DNA from: Basidiobolus meristosporus CBS 931.73
Taxonomy: Eukaryota; Fungi; Basidiobolomycota
Direction: 5' to 3'
Assembly: GCA_002104905.1 (NCBI GenBank)
Contig: MCFE01000572.1
Coordinates: 1-56,856 of the forward strand
Length of the DNA stretch: 56,856 nt
Below are positions 32,690 to 45,760 of this stretch, in pieces (position 1 is the first letter of the stretch; every line of letters starts with the position of its first letter). The translations under genes and the position numbers were made by a program. The notes below the pieces were generated by a model. That model searched no databases, was not told where the DNA came from, and saw only the letters and a program-made list of their open reading frames with translations.

Positions 32690-35240
32690 CCCAATGGAAG
32701 ATGATTTGGTCTCAAGGTGGATCCAGTCCGGATTAGCCATCAAGATCCTGTCAGGAGACCGCTATAACACCAGCAGCTTGGAATTTATGAACATCTACAC
32801 AATCTTATGATGGTATCACAATGGTGTCTGGCTAATTTTACAGCCAAATAAAGCTGAAAAACACAATGATGTTTGTAGGGTGTTTTGCCAAGGAAGGGAT
32901 AGCAGTGTTATGGTCTCACTGTGCTCTACAACTATAGAGTGGATCTAACTGGCCAATACATCCATTGGCCTTATTTGGCATAAAACTCAAAGGTCTTTTG
33001 ATGGCCTCACTGTGGGCCTCTGATGGTATTCTTAAAGCAGTATGGTGGCCAACTGCTTGTTTTGTATAATGCTACCATACAAATTAACTAAATAGTACTT
33101 CCTTTTTCTACCTCCCCTTACGCAATTCATATATTCCACTGTGGAACCACCGCCCTTTATATGCTTACCCACTACTACCTTGAGTATTCCACTTATAGTT
33201 CAAATCAGAAAATGCCATGGCCTCCTGCTGACCAGCCCCTACAAGCATACACACCTGCCACAATTGGCATACTTCTATCACCTCAACTTTACAGCTTTTA
33301 GTTTGACACTTGCAAAGTTGTCATATATTTTTATTGCTAGCAACATATACATCTTGAAATCAAATGTGTGGTTGCTGCCACTCCTGCCATGAGTATCTCC
33401 TGAATATTGGCGAAGAACTTCTTGGTATTTAGCCAATAAGTTCCTTCTCCCTGCTGGATTCTAGTCCCCTATACAGGTGAGTTCTGGCTCTTATTTGTGT
33501 ACATTCTGTATTAGACATGTTCTATAATATAGTGCCACATCTAGCCATGAGTGCCAGGGAGGTGAAGTGGACCTATACTTGCCCACAAAGTGTAAAGCAT
33601 ATTTGCTCATCTTCATGCAAAGTAGCCTTTGTGTTTCACCCATTGGGCAGGAGAAAATTCATTTTTGACATTTTTATTGTGATCAGTGTTGTGCAGGATG
33701 AGTAAGTGCACAGAAGGACTGCAGATATATATCTGGTACTCAATACCAATGACACTTCAACTCTAGCCTCTGCAGCTTGTAATATGTGACAAAACTGCAT
33801 GGCACTATATTTAAATACTAACCCTAGAGTAAGACCTATATAAAGCACTTTTAGTGCCATGCATTTTTGTGACATGTTACAAGCTGCAGGAGCTAGATTT
33901 AGAGTGCTATGGGTATTGGGTACCACTTAAATATCTCCAGTCCTTCTGTGATCCACACATCCTGCACAACAATGATCCCAAAAAAAAGGTCAAAAAAAGA
34001 ATTTTCCCCAACACAATGGGTGAAACATAAGGGCAGCTTTGCATAAACATGAAGAACTATGTTTCACATGTTGTAGCCAAAACTAGGTCTTCTATACCTC
34101 TCTGGCACATAATGCCACCATTTGGCACTCATGGTTCAATGTGGCACTATCCAACAGAACAAGTCTATTCAATAGTGTGGAAATTTGATTGTGACAAAGA
34201 GATATCTGGCATACCTGAGTAAAGTTTTCCTAATCAACTCAGTTGCTATTTACACCCAACACAACCTGGCATTACGTAATGGATTAGCCATGAATAGGGG
34301 AAGCTTAGCTTCTTAATGCCATTGGCATAGGTGTCTCCATATGAGCATCTGTCCTCAGTATTTTGCAACTCTTCCTGGCTGTCCTCTGTGAGCCATTTCA
34401 TCTCATCCATGACAGACTTGAAGGTCATACTCATGATGAGATTTGGATATGGTAGTTCCTGCAACTTGACTTGGCTTTCTATCTCCCCACACATCTGCTC
34501 CATAGGAAACTCCAAAAAATGAAGCAAGGTGCAATAATCTCAACACAACAAGCAAGATGGAGTAGCAAATGGATACAATAGGGGTTCTACATTTGCAGCT
34601 TTATGCTTGTAGTGTAGCTGCTCAAATCTCATCATAAACTCTTCAAAAAAGCTGTAGTTATATCAAGTTAGCATTGGTAATCCACTTCTGTATAACTATT
34701 CCTACTATGTCCACATATGACTCCCAATGCTTCAAATGTACTCTTAATAGAAATGGCTTCAGAAGGCCACTGGAATAAATACATATACCACTCATCCAGT
34801 CTGGGCACTTGTATTGTAGCATATGCATATGAATGTTGATTGAAGCCTATGAGAAGTACTTATGGTAGTGGATATTGTGTAATATCTTGCCAACTTCACC
34901 TGTATCTCAAAGGGCTCATTTAACTTGGAATGCCCCATGTATTTTTTGGTCATTAGTATTGGGATATTGTTGGAGAGCATATGCATTGATCTCAGTGAGA
35001 AGCTTTTACTCCAACAGATACCCTCTACCATAAGTATCTCCAGTTTCCAATTAACTCCATAGTCTGGCCAATGACTTATAGCTTGCCAAATTTGTGGCCA
35101 TTGCTTCTGGACATTCCCTCTGCAGGAAGATGATGTTCTTGGTGTTGGTGTCAGGGTAATAATAATGTGTGTGAGTTACAGAGTAAATCCCCTGGATCTT
35201 GCACAATCAACAGCAATACCATCCATTGTTCTTGGAAAAA
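32690..35240 (-). mobile_element. CCCTA-family copy C fragment (transposase-side terminus and Tnp2 C-terminal half)
   Basis: Terminus CCCAATGGAAGATG similar to 50602 and reverse complement of 47991; FLEFPMEQMCGEIESQVKLQELPYPNLI. Confidence 0.75.
33513..34166. mobile_element. Fold-back MITE, 654 bp, more decayed
   Basis: AGACATGTTC...GAACAAGTCT, inverted arms, same central spacer, TSD ATT. Confidence 0.9.
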
Positions 35241-36822
35241 TCTGCTATCAATGTACCACATCTGAGAATCCTTGTTTGTGGTCATATTTAGCGCAAGTAT
35301 AAATAGTCTATATTCAGTTGTTGCAGCAATTTCATATTCAGGCTTCTCTTGCTGATTATCTCTCTTTATGAGTCACCAGTCAGATGTGTGTCCTTTCCTT
35401 TTGAAGTGATTGCAAAACAAATTGCTATTGCCTTTATAGGGTCCTGGGTACCTCCCTTGTTGGTTATCATTGCTTATTAAAGCATTTTCTTCTTCCTTCT
35501 TATTGGTGCTTGATTTTCTTAATTCTTCATCCAGGAACCTTCCATATATGTAATTTAAGGTCAAGTCTTCAGTTCTGGACTCTAGGGCTGATACAAGGCC
35601 TTGAACCTTGTCTGTCACACTATTCAGGATGATTACTATGGCATCCTCATGAGTACTTGGTACACCCTCAGATTCCATCTCATCCACCAGTAGGGTGATT
35701 CTGTTAAATAGAATTTTTTCTTCACCATGCAGCACCTGTGCAGTAAAATATTCTTGTCTAAGCTACCTTTCCTGAACAGTTGAGCATGACTGGAATTTGT
35801 CTTCTAATGCCTTACAGGTATTCTCTGCTGTTTCTGCTTTTGAACATTGAATTAGCCTTTTGTCTTTGACATTGAGGCATATGCAGTTAAAAGCTCTTTG
35901 TTCTTTCTTCTGATACTCTAAGGAGTCCTCTCCCATATTTTTTGGAAGGCATTCTTCTCCCACAACATTATCCCAAAGGACTCTTTTGCTGAAATATTGG
36001 ACTATTTGGTATCATTCAACAGCTAAAAGTTAACCTAGCAATTTGGACTAGTTGGGGTTACTGTAGGAGTGACTTACAGCCCTAACTTTGCCACTCACTT
36101 CAGATCTATGACCCTATGATTATTGCCCTGTAATCAAGATCAAATTAGCACTTTTACCAAACATTATACATTAACCTTGCCGCTGTTACAGAATGCTCCT
36201 TAGTGTTGAGAAGCTCCCTTGACTCAGTGTTACAATTGTCTTACTTCTACAAAGGTACAAATACTGAGCTTCTTTATGAGTAAAAAGCAGTTCAACAGTT
36301 GTACCTACTTCTTGATAAGTTCCATATATCCAAATCACTGCTTGAATTTCAATATATCTCTTGTAGCAGCATATTCATCTTCACCTTCCACACTTGGTGT
36401 TTGATCCATGTACCATTTCAATAGAGGGGAAAATTCTAGTAATAGCAGTAGTAAACAGTGCAGAGAATGACAGCTTGGGGCTCATAACCTGTTGTAAGAG
36501 TTTCAGAGATGCTGGAAGTGATTGGGGAAAAAGTAGATTATGTGGTTTTCACCTGATGATTGATGGAATGAAAAAGTAGTATTGATACTTTTACGTGTTC
36601 TTAACCTAGAAAACACATTGATAAAGATGAGAAAGGTCCCAAGAGCATGTGTGCAGAGTTTAGGGATTTTTCTTTAATGTTCTTGGTGCCTGATATTAGA
36701 GTGAAAATATTTCAAGTAATTCCTGGCAAGAAATTTGGTCAGTATTCTCTAGTATTTGAAGGTAACGATCTAAGTGACTAAGTTAGGTGAATACTTAGGT
36801 GGAATTCAAAATATTTACAAGA
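35240..36822 (-). mobile_element. gag: Copia family-1 5' fragment (LTR 36490-36822, PBS, decayed gag)
   Basis: LTR homology, ggttatgagccc PBS, gag similarity to 2251-3100. Confidence 0.85.
35987..36354 (+). repeat. Solo LTR of copia family 2 inside family-1 gag
   Basis: Homologous to 50959-51326 and to the reverse complement of 53630-53998. Confidence 0.8.
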
Positions 36823-37271
36823 GCCTTAAGGTGTTGGTGTACTGTGTGAGTACTCAATGTAATACCCACTCTTCGCCCAAGAGTTCTCCCAAGAGTTCCC
36901 TCCAGAGTCCTACCCGAAGTCCTCCAGTACCCTCCCTATGATTCCCCCACGCGTCCTCCCCTCCTATCCCTGCCCTTATCTAGTTAGAACACTTACCATA
37001 ACAGGAAGGTGTTCACACCCCTATTTTATAACACATTGTCTATTGTCTAAGCCCCCCAAGTGATATATATATCTACCCAATTGAACCAGGAAGAACAACG
37101 AGATTTGGACGAAATAAACAGAAGTCTTTATTACCTTGCTACCTTCTATCGGAAGCTATTCTGAACCAAGTGGTACTGACTTGACCTACAAGCTCTCCCA
37201 CTCACCAAGTACAGTCAGTAATAACCCACATATTTGGTGCTGTCTCTGCGGAAATAAGCACAAGTGAGGTA

Positions 37272-38144
37272 ATGACTACTACAATCAAACTAAAAACATA
37301 CAAGGGAAAGAGAGAGAAAGCCCTTGAGTGGTTCGATAAGTTTGAGAGAGTTGCGGTTGATGCAGGATGGGACGACAATAAGAAAGTAAGAGAGTTCGCA
37401 AGACATATGGAAGGGTCAGCATGGCAATGGCATTATGGGTTGGAAGACGCAGTCAAAGACGACTGGGATGCACTAGAAGAAGCCTACAAGACACGCTTTC
37501 TATATGCCAAAGGATACCACTACAAAGCCCTTCTACTGTCCTCGCGGAAGAAAAGCAGTGAAAGCTATGAAGCCTGCACTGAACTGTTTCTCCAACGAGT
37601 TCGATGTCTCCCAAAGGACGAAATTGCCAAACGACAGCTCATGAGGTATTACATCATGGGCTTAGACAACGAAATAAGACGTAGGGCGTCCGAAGAACAA
37701 CAGGGATGTAAAACGTTGCAAGAGTTGGTCAAACGAGTACAAGGGGTCATCTTGCTATGGGGGCTACCCTATAGTGATACGAATGATCAAAGGACAGGGA
37801 TCCCCCGTAAGAAAGGAAAAATTGCCTCCCCAAAAGACCGTGAGTTAGAGGAATTACGGCAAAAGGTCCAAGAACTCTTGATCAACAATGTCCAAGAAGT
37901 CCCCAAAGAAGGTGATAAACTCTGGGAAGCTGCCGTAGATCTAAAGGCCCAGGTTCAAGTCCTGACCCAACAGATGGAACGACCGCAACGACAATATCCG
38001 TGTTATGTGTGTGGAGAAGTAGGTCACCGGGCCCATGAATGTGAAAAACGGTACGGAAGAGAAGCCGTACCAGACACAAAAGAGAAGAAGGCGTCAAAAG
38101 ACAGAGTCCCTCGCCAGGAGGCCAACGGGACTCAGTCAATCTAA
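37272..38144 (+). CDS. gag: Gypsy family-2 gag
   Basis: EWFDKFERVA...W, CYVCGEVGHRAHEC zinc knuckle. Confidence 0.92.
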   Translation: MTTTIKLKTYKGKREKALEWFDKFERVAVDAGWDDNKKVREFARHMEGSAWQWHYGLEDAVKDDWDALEEAYKTRFLYAKGYHYKALLLSSRKKSSESYEACTELFLQRVRCLPKDEIAKRQLMRYYIMGLDNEIRRRASEEQQGCKTLQELVKRVQGVILLWGLPYSDTNDQRTGIPRKKGKIASPKDRELEELRQKVQELLINNVQEVPKEGDKLWEAAVDLKAQVQVLTQQMERPQRQYPCYVCGEVGHRAHECEKRYGREAVPDTKEKKASKDRVPRQEANGTQSI

Positions 38145-38167
38145 GCCCTCCGGTCAGGACAATTGAA

Positions 38168-41100
38168 GTGCGGAAGAAGAAGCGTCGACATGATGCTTCT
38201 AGAGAGGAGGCAAAGGAACCTGTAGTAGAGGTTCCGTCAAAAGGAAAGAGCGCGGAATTAGGTGAAGAAGTACGGAATGAACCTTGGGAAGAAGTGTTAA
38301 AGCAAACGAAGAACGCTAGCACGTCTTCCCATGGCCTATTCCCCATAATGAAGGTACTAGAGCAAACCAAGGCAACCCTCCCAATAACCAATTTACTGGG
38401 ACTGGCCCCAGCTCTAGTCAAGGAACTGATAGAGGGATTGAAGGAGATAACGACCCTCCATGTCAACCAGACGGTCCTGCAAAAACCAAATAAAGGTACA
38501 TACGTAAAGGTATGTATAGAGAATAAGGAGATTCTTGCCCTTATCGACACAGGATCCTCTACGTTGATCATGTCAGAGTCATTAGCAAAACGTCTAAAAC
38601 TAAATATAGTCCCCAACGACACCATTCGAGTACGGCTAGCAAATGACCAACTGGATACAACGGTAGGTGTGGTGCCTAATTGCCCCATTTGGCTAGGCAA
38701 CTGGATAATACGCCAAGATGTCGTGGTCCTACCCGTTGCAGCCAACAACTTACTCATTGGCGAGAGTTGGTTTATCCAACATAAGATGGATATACTTTAC
38801 AGTGCATCTGAACTCAGGTGGGATACCAAGAGTATCCCACTGATTCATATCACCGATGAGAGCAAGGCGCGTAGCAACAGTGTGACGATCAAAGAGGTGA
38901 AACCGTCACAGTCTCCAATCATCACACAAAAGGTGATAAAAATACCACCCGCCAGTGAGACGGTGATCTCATTAGAAACACCAATAGCTTATTCAATGAG
39001 CGGAAGAATGATAACCGCAGCGAAAGCATCCGAGCAACTGGAAGGAATCTCGATCCCTAAAGTATGGATACCACCGAAATTTGAAACGCAAAGCCTGAAA
39101 TGCTTAGTGGTTAACAACGGGCAACACACGGTGACATTGCCTAGAGGAGTGCCATTGTTAAACTTAGAGGAAGTTGACGGAAACAACCAAGGACCACCTC
39201 CAAACAAAGAACCAGAAGAAGAACTCCCCGAACTAGATGTGGACCCCGGTCTACCGCCTACGTTACGAGACAAATTCCTAGAAGGAATATGTCCGCTTGC
39301 CCGAGTATTCTCTAAGAACCAAGTAATTGGTCATATACCTGGGGTATATCACCAAATCCACCTCGCTGACAAATACCCCATCAAGCAAAAAGCCTATAGG
39401 AATTCAAAAATTGACACAGACTATATCAAAGAGACGATTGAAACTTTATTAAAAGACGACATCATTACAGAGAGCCAGTCTCTGTGGGCCTCCCCTGTAG
39501 TGATAGTCCCAAAGAAAGACGGAAAGCGACGCTTTTGCATTGACTACCGGAAATTGAACGCCGTCACCCGGAAGGACGTGTATCCGCTACCGCGAATAGA
39601 CGACCTCTTGGACAGATTAATTGGAGCTAAATATTTTAGCTCTCTTGACTTAATCTCCGGGTATTGGCAAGTAGAAGTAGCCCCGAAAGATCAACCCAAA
39701 ACCGCTTTTATAACATTGTTTGGATTATACAAATGGAACCGACTACCCTTTGGCTTGTGCAATGCCCCCGCTACATTCCAAAGGATGATCGACAAGGTGC
39801 TAGGAAATCTACAATGGGAATGTGCCCTCATGTATCTGGACGACATCACGATATATTCACCCGATGTAGAAGAACATATACACGACGTGCAACGTATCCT
39901 GACAGCCCTCCTTGAGAACCAACTCAAACTACATCCCAAGAAGTGCCATTTCCTGTATACGAAATTGTTGTTCCTGGGCCACGAGATCTCGGCAGATGGA
40001 ATATACCCATCTACGTCACTCCTGAAAGCCGTTCAAAATGCACCTGCACCAAAGGACATTAATGCAGTGTTGGGATTCCTAGGATTAGCCGGTTACTATC
40101 GCCGCTTTGTCAAAAACTTCGCGACGATAGCAGCCCCCCTATACGGATTGACGCAAAAGGGCCAGTGTTTTGTATGGTCGGAGCCTCAAAAGAGAGCATT
40201 CAATCAGCTGAAACATTCCCTGACGTCACCGCCAGTGTTACAAATTCCCAATTGGGATGCAAGATTTTTTATTAACTGTGATGGAAGCCTCACCGGTATA
40301 GGCGCCGTACTGGGACAATACCACCAACCCGGCAAATTCCACCCAATTGGTTACGTGAGCCGTTTGCTAAACAAACACAAACGCCACTACCCCGTTACCG
40401 AGATAGAATGTCTGGCTGTTGTTTATTCAATTAAACAATTCCATACATACATACATGGTCGCCGATTCACGATAGTAACGGACCACAGCGCACTGGTCTG
40501 GCTGATGAAAACTAAAGACTTTACCGGCCGATTAGCACGTTGGGCCCTACAAGTACAGCAATACAACTTTGAAATAATTCACCGCGCTGGCAAGAAACAC
40601 CAGGACGCAGACTTCCTCAGTTGCTATCCCGTTTGCCAAATACATGTCAGTGATGAGTACGAGGACGTAATCTGCTTTAAAAAGAAAGGGAGGTATCCCA
40701 AACACGTTGTTACAAACAAACAGAAGAGAGAATTTCGAAGGAAATGGTGTCAGTACGAAGTACAAGAAAATTGACTATGGTTCCTCCAAGGACAGTCCAG
40801 AGCCAAGGTACCCCCACTAGCAGCCCGTGAAGAAATCATACGAGAAAGACATATGTCATTAGGACACGCTAACCCCCTTACAACCTATAAGATGTTAAGA
40901 AAAACGTTTTATTGGCGAAAAATGATGACCAACGTTACGAATACGTTACGAAGATGCACCACTTGCGAAAGATTCAACCGGAGTCAGAAGATAGGGACAA
41001 CCGCACCAATACCGGTTGACCTGCCCTTCCACCAAGTAGGGATTGACTTTGTTGGCCCCTTTATGAAAACAAAGAAAGGAGAACAATACATAATAATTGC

Positions 41101-41887
41101 TACCAATTATTTCTCAAAGTGGGTAGAAGCCCAAGCCGTCCGCAATAAAGATCAGAAGACAACCGCCCAATTCATCCTAGAACACCTCATCTGCCGACTC
41201 GGATATCCTCAGATACTCCTGTCCGACAATGGTGGTTCCTTCCTGAACAACACCGTGGCCCACCTGTGCAAAATGATGGGCGTGAAACAAGTCTTCACGG
41301 CCGCGTATCACCCCCAGACTAACGGATTAACCGAGAGGATGAACCAGACGTGTTGCCGCATACTGGAGAAGCTTCACTGGGAACTTCCCCAATCATGGGC
41401 CGAGCTGCTCCCACTGACACTCCTAGCAATGCGCACCACACCGAATAAAACAACGGGTTTCTCCCCATATGAAATCCTATATGGACGAAGACCCAAGTGG
41501 CGGGAGGAAGCTGGATTAACGATGGAAGGTGTCCCCCTGACAACACATAACGACTATATAGAAAGGTTGATACACCGTATTGCCCACCTATACATAAAAG
41601 TATTTGAAAATGTTGACAAGCACCTTCCCCCTCCACCCAAAAATGAGAAACTAACGAGACAAAAGTGGAAACCAGGCTATAAGGTGTGGTACGACCAAAC
41701 CGTTGCAGGCCTCAAGTTCCGCCCACAATTTACACCCCGATGGATTGGCCCATGCACCGTTATCAGTTCGGACCACGGACCAAAGTACACCATCACCCTG
41801 AATAATAAGACAATCAGCAACGTAGTGCCAGCCCATCTGAAACCGTTTCATGATGATCCACCGATCATCACTGAGACCAAAGTGTGA
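38168..41887 (+). pseudogene. pol: Gypsy family-2 pol (PR-RT-RNase H-IN) with one in-frame TGA at 40772-40774
   Basis: LIDTGS, RFCIDYRKLN, YLDDITIYS, NCDGS, HMSLGH...CTTC, GIDFVG, SDNG, GLTER; 40853 ORF is the same frame 26 codons after the stop. Confidence 0.95.
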
Positions 41888-42016
41888 TTAAACGATTATC
41901 AGGACAAGGATAGAGGAAGACACAGGATACATTCAAAGTTTATTAGAGGAGATTTTAGTCGATATAGGTACAAATAATATGCGCGAGGGAGTTAGCCCAA
42001 AGGGGAGAACAAAAGA

Positions 42017-43186
42017 ATGCATATGGAAGGCGCCGAAGGAAACAGTTCACCCAAAACTGGCGATACCCCTCCCACTAGCAAGAACCAAGATGATATCAAA
42101 AACGAAACCAACCTGCAAGTGTTAAGAGATATGGTACAAGCGTTACATATGACGAGAGCCACCTATGAAGAGTCGTTTGCCGGAGCAGTCACGCTAATAC
42201 AAGACACAATCAGAGAGGGACGAGACAAGTTACCCACGCCAATACGAAGCATGGAGATACTACCCGAGAAGACCGTGTACCACCTAAGAGGAGGTTCCTT
42301 GATCATTAAGGAGAAGGACACCGCGCTGATTCCCGTATCCATACTGGACACAGTCAGACAGAAGACACAAGGAATCAACTGTCGCGCCCTCACGAGACCT
42401 CGAGAGCCCCCCTGTTTTGTTGCATACTTGCCATTAATAGGTACCATGGTTGTTGAGGTATATGCAGACCTGGTACAAGCTGCAAGAGCACCAGAAGTAG
42501 AACTCCCAATCAAAGGACTCCTCCGAGAAATTCGCGAACATCTTGAACCACATTTCCAAGAAGGAACCATCTTAGAGAAGATACGCGAACAGATTAAATA
42601 CACCAGCCAGTTAACCCATGCGATCCACCAAGTTGCTGTGTTACAACTATTACAGTGGTTTACCATAAGACAACTCAGGAATCAGTACAAAGTCCAACTC
42701 CAAGAAGCCGAAGAAACCGCCGCAGATTCTGTAGAAACCATGAGGCAAGTACGAAAGCGCCTCGATTGCGCCACAGTTTCTACGGAAGAACTACAATACG
42801 TCTTGGAAGAAGCAAAAACTCGTTATCGACAACAAGTGACTGCCGACTGAGTGTACGCCCTCTTCAAAAGGTCCCCCGCCGTCATATTGAACACAAAAAG
42901 GACAAGCCCCGATAATGTTCGCAAGATAAAGAAGCAAGACTTTATCGCGCTATTGCACCTTTTCTCGTTCTCCGACCCTCCCGAGGAACTTACCCAGAAC
43001 CCTATGGTTTGCCAACTATTTGGCTCTGTGGAAAACATCCCTCGAGCAACACAGGCCGCACCCCACTCTGCCGCCGAATGGTATCAGGTACTCGCCCGCG
43101 ATCCCCTCGCGAGTGACAACCAGCAATGGTACTACGGTGACTCCCCATGCTCCGTAAACAAAATCAATCCTGGAGAAGCAAGTTAG
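42017..43186 (+). CDS. ORF3 of gypsy family 2, unknown function (~389 codons with one in-frame TGA at 42848-42850)
   Basis: ORFs 42017-42850 and 42851-43186 are contiguous and in frame; lies between pol and the 3' LTR. Confidence 0.75.
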
Positions 43187-45392
43187 TCAAAGAACTTCGA
43201 GGACAAAGCTCCCACTTAACCCCCGGGATATGTGAGTACTCAATGTAGTACCCACTCTTCGCCCAAGAGTTCTCCCAAGAGTTCCCTCCAGAGTCCTACC
43301 CAAAGTCCTCCAGTACCCTCCCTATGATTCCCCCACACGTCCTCCCCTCCTATCCCTGCCCTTATCTAGTTAGAACACTTACCATAACAGGAAGGTGTTC
43401 ACACCCCTATTTTATAACACATTGTCTATTGTCTAAGCCCCCCAAGTGATATATATATCTACCCAATTGAACCAGGAAGAACAATGAGATTTGGACGAAA
43501 TAAACAGAAGTCTTTATTACCTTGCTACCTTCTATTGGAAGCTATTCTGAACCAAGTGGTACTGACTTGACCTACAAGCTCTCCCACTCACCAAGTACAG
43601 TCAGTAATAACCCACATACTGGACTTCCAATGGCCACTTGAATACTAGCCCATTCTTCAGCATTGCACTGAACAGCTTCAAGCATCTTCAATGTTGTTCA
43701 ATTTTTAGGCTCTGGTATAAACACTGCAGCTTCTACCTCCCATACTGCAATATGTTTTTCTGTGGCCTTTATCTTTGGGTACTGTTGTTGTGCTTCAAAA
43801 ACTATGTGGTGTTCCTCTGCTGTCATATTGGAAAATGGCTCAGTTTGTGGCTTTGATATTGATCTACTTACATTCCTTCTTTGCCACAAAGATACTGCTA
43901 TCTCTACCTGGAATATTGATTGCTCTACATGTATTAATTGCTCTTCCTATTTCTGAACTATTTCCAACTTCTCTGGGCTATTACATCTATCTAATCTCCC
44001 ACAGCACAAAGTTGCCTCATTATTGCTTCAATATGAGCTGAACACATAATTGCTAATACAGGTGGTGGTGATGTTATAACAGCCACTTGCTGTTCTTCAA
44101 CTGAAGGCACTAAATTTATTACATTCTCATCTGCCTCATCAATATGGTCTGCTGGCAGCTCTGTAGAGATTTACAATTGCTTACTTGACCATAGAGCCTG
44201 AGGAGTCTGCATTATTCCCTTCAGTGGGCCCACTGCCTGCAGGGCCTTTTTTGAATGTAGCCCTGCTTGTTGCATTGAATGCCAAAGCAGGCTGCTGTCC
44301 AACCATTCTTCTGCTGCTGTCAGCATTGGGGTTTGGGTGAGAACTGGGCAACATTGCTGTATTTTTTTGCAGTATATATATGGCTGTGAGACAAAACAAA
44401 GGGGCAATGGTGTTACATATATATATGTGTATGGCGCCAAAGCATTAATTATAATCCTTATCATGGCAGGCCATCACTGAATCTTACATTCATGCAGGTG
44501 TAATGTCACAGCTGCAAGAGCTTCTTAAATTCACATGAGCATTTACAACAAAGGTTTACAATATCATTATGTTTTATAGTGTTAACCTGTTTGCCCCATG
44601 GTCAAAACTAATTAGAGTCTGCACCATAACAGAAGAGAAAAAAGACCATGTGGCTATTGTAGCAAGCCTCTCAGCCATGATGTATTGTGACAGCTTAGGA
44701 ATTATTACTAGGAGTATTGCCAGTGCTTTGCCACACAAGTCATATTTGACCATTCATTGGTCACTACTGTACCAACATTATCTTGCTGGTAAGTTGATAC
44801 TTCTACATTAGCACCTGGCTCTCTTGGTCACTTTGCACAAACTGAGTCAGGTGAGTTTGTGACACCTTTAGGCTCACCTCAGCCTTTGGGATATGGCACA
44901 CAGATTGACAGCTCTCAAGAAGCAGGCTCACTGATGGACTCTGAGCCTATTTTCCATAATAAAAGTACCCTGCTTGAGCCCAGCAAAACCCCAATATGCA
45001 ATGAGACAACACCAGTGGACAAAAATGCCTAATATGCTTTACAGAGTTAGGTGAGCCCAGTAATCCATCTGCTGCTGAATGATGTGATGTTGTGGTAAGA
45101 GGAGTGGCATATTTCTACCAATAGCATGAATGGGGCTTTAACAATTTAATACTACTTCTTGCAAAAATCATCCTGGAATGCAACTTACCATATACATGGT
45201 ACAAATGGACAACCATCATGAAGCTTTCAGCATATGACCCAGAGACCGTCCTGATACCAGTATGTGTTAACAGTTGAATTGCATTCATACCAAAATGTGG
45301 CATCATTGCAACATGTTCAACCCGTCAGGAATCCACCACCATTGGGGAAAAGCATTGTTCACACTCCAGATATATTCCAGTAATATTCCATC

Positions 45393-45760
45393 TGTTACAA
45401 GTCTTGGTATAAGAGTTGTAGAGGAATAGGGAGTTTAGCTAGGATTGTATTCGATAAAACTTGAACTGATTTTTATTGAGGTTCCAGCAGCTCCTTATAT
45501 ACATTTTGCCAGATCAATTGCTGACTAATTGTATTTCCTAATGTAGGTTGTGGCTGATGACTCATTTGATTGCATCATCATCACCCAATAAGATCCTACT
45601 TAATATATCTATTTCTGTCAGATAAGGCTCTGCTGATTCATTTGCTGACTAATGCTACTGATTTCATAGATAATACTGATATACTGATAACCTAAACATA
45701 TACTAATTGATTTGACTAAAAACTGATCTAACTTAAACATTCAAGCGGCAGATCATAACA
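45393..45760. mobile_element. Solo LTR of gypsy family 1
   Basis: Near-identical to 28020-28385; 4-bp TSD CATC; inside the copy-D transposase. Confidence 0.95.

Larger units (their letters stand above)
36845..43616 (+). mobile_element. Ty3/gypsy family 2, young full-length three-ORF element (6772 bp)
   Basis: 386-bp LTRs 36845-37230 and 43231-43616 with 5 differences; 5-bp TSD TACTG; PBS-like TGGTGCTGTC at ~37235. Confidence 0.97.

Noticed and set aside
37882-38757. 291-aa antisense ORF
   Set aside because: Shadow frame opposite gag-pol, no independent features.
40772-42850. TGA reassigned or selenocysteine recoding
   Set aside because: TGA stops fit CGA deamination, matching the LTR mutation spectrum; older elements also carry in-frame TAA and TAG.
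42017-43186. ORF3 as a retroviral-type env
   Set aside because: No signal peptide, no clear C-terminal transmembrane helix and no convincing furin site.
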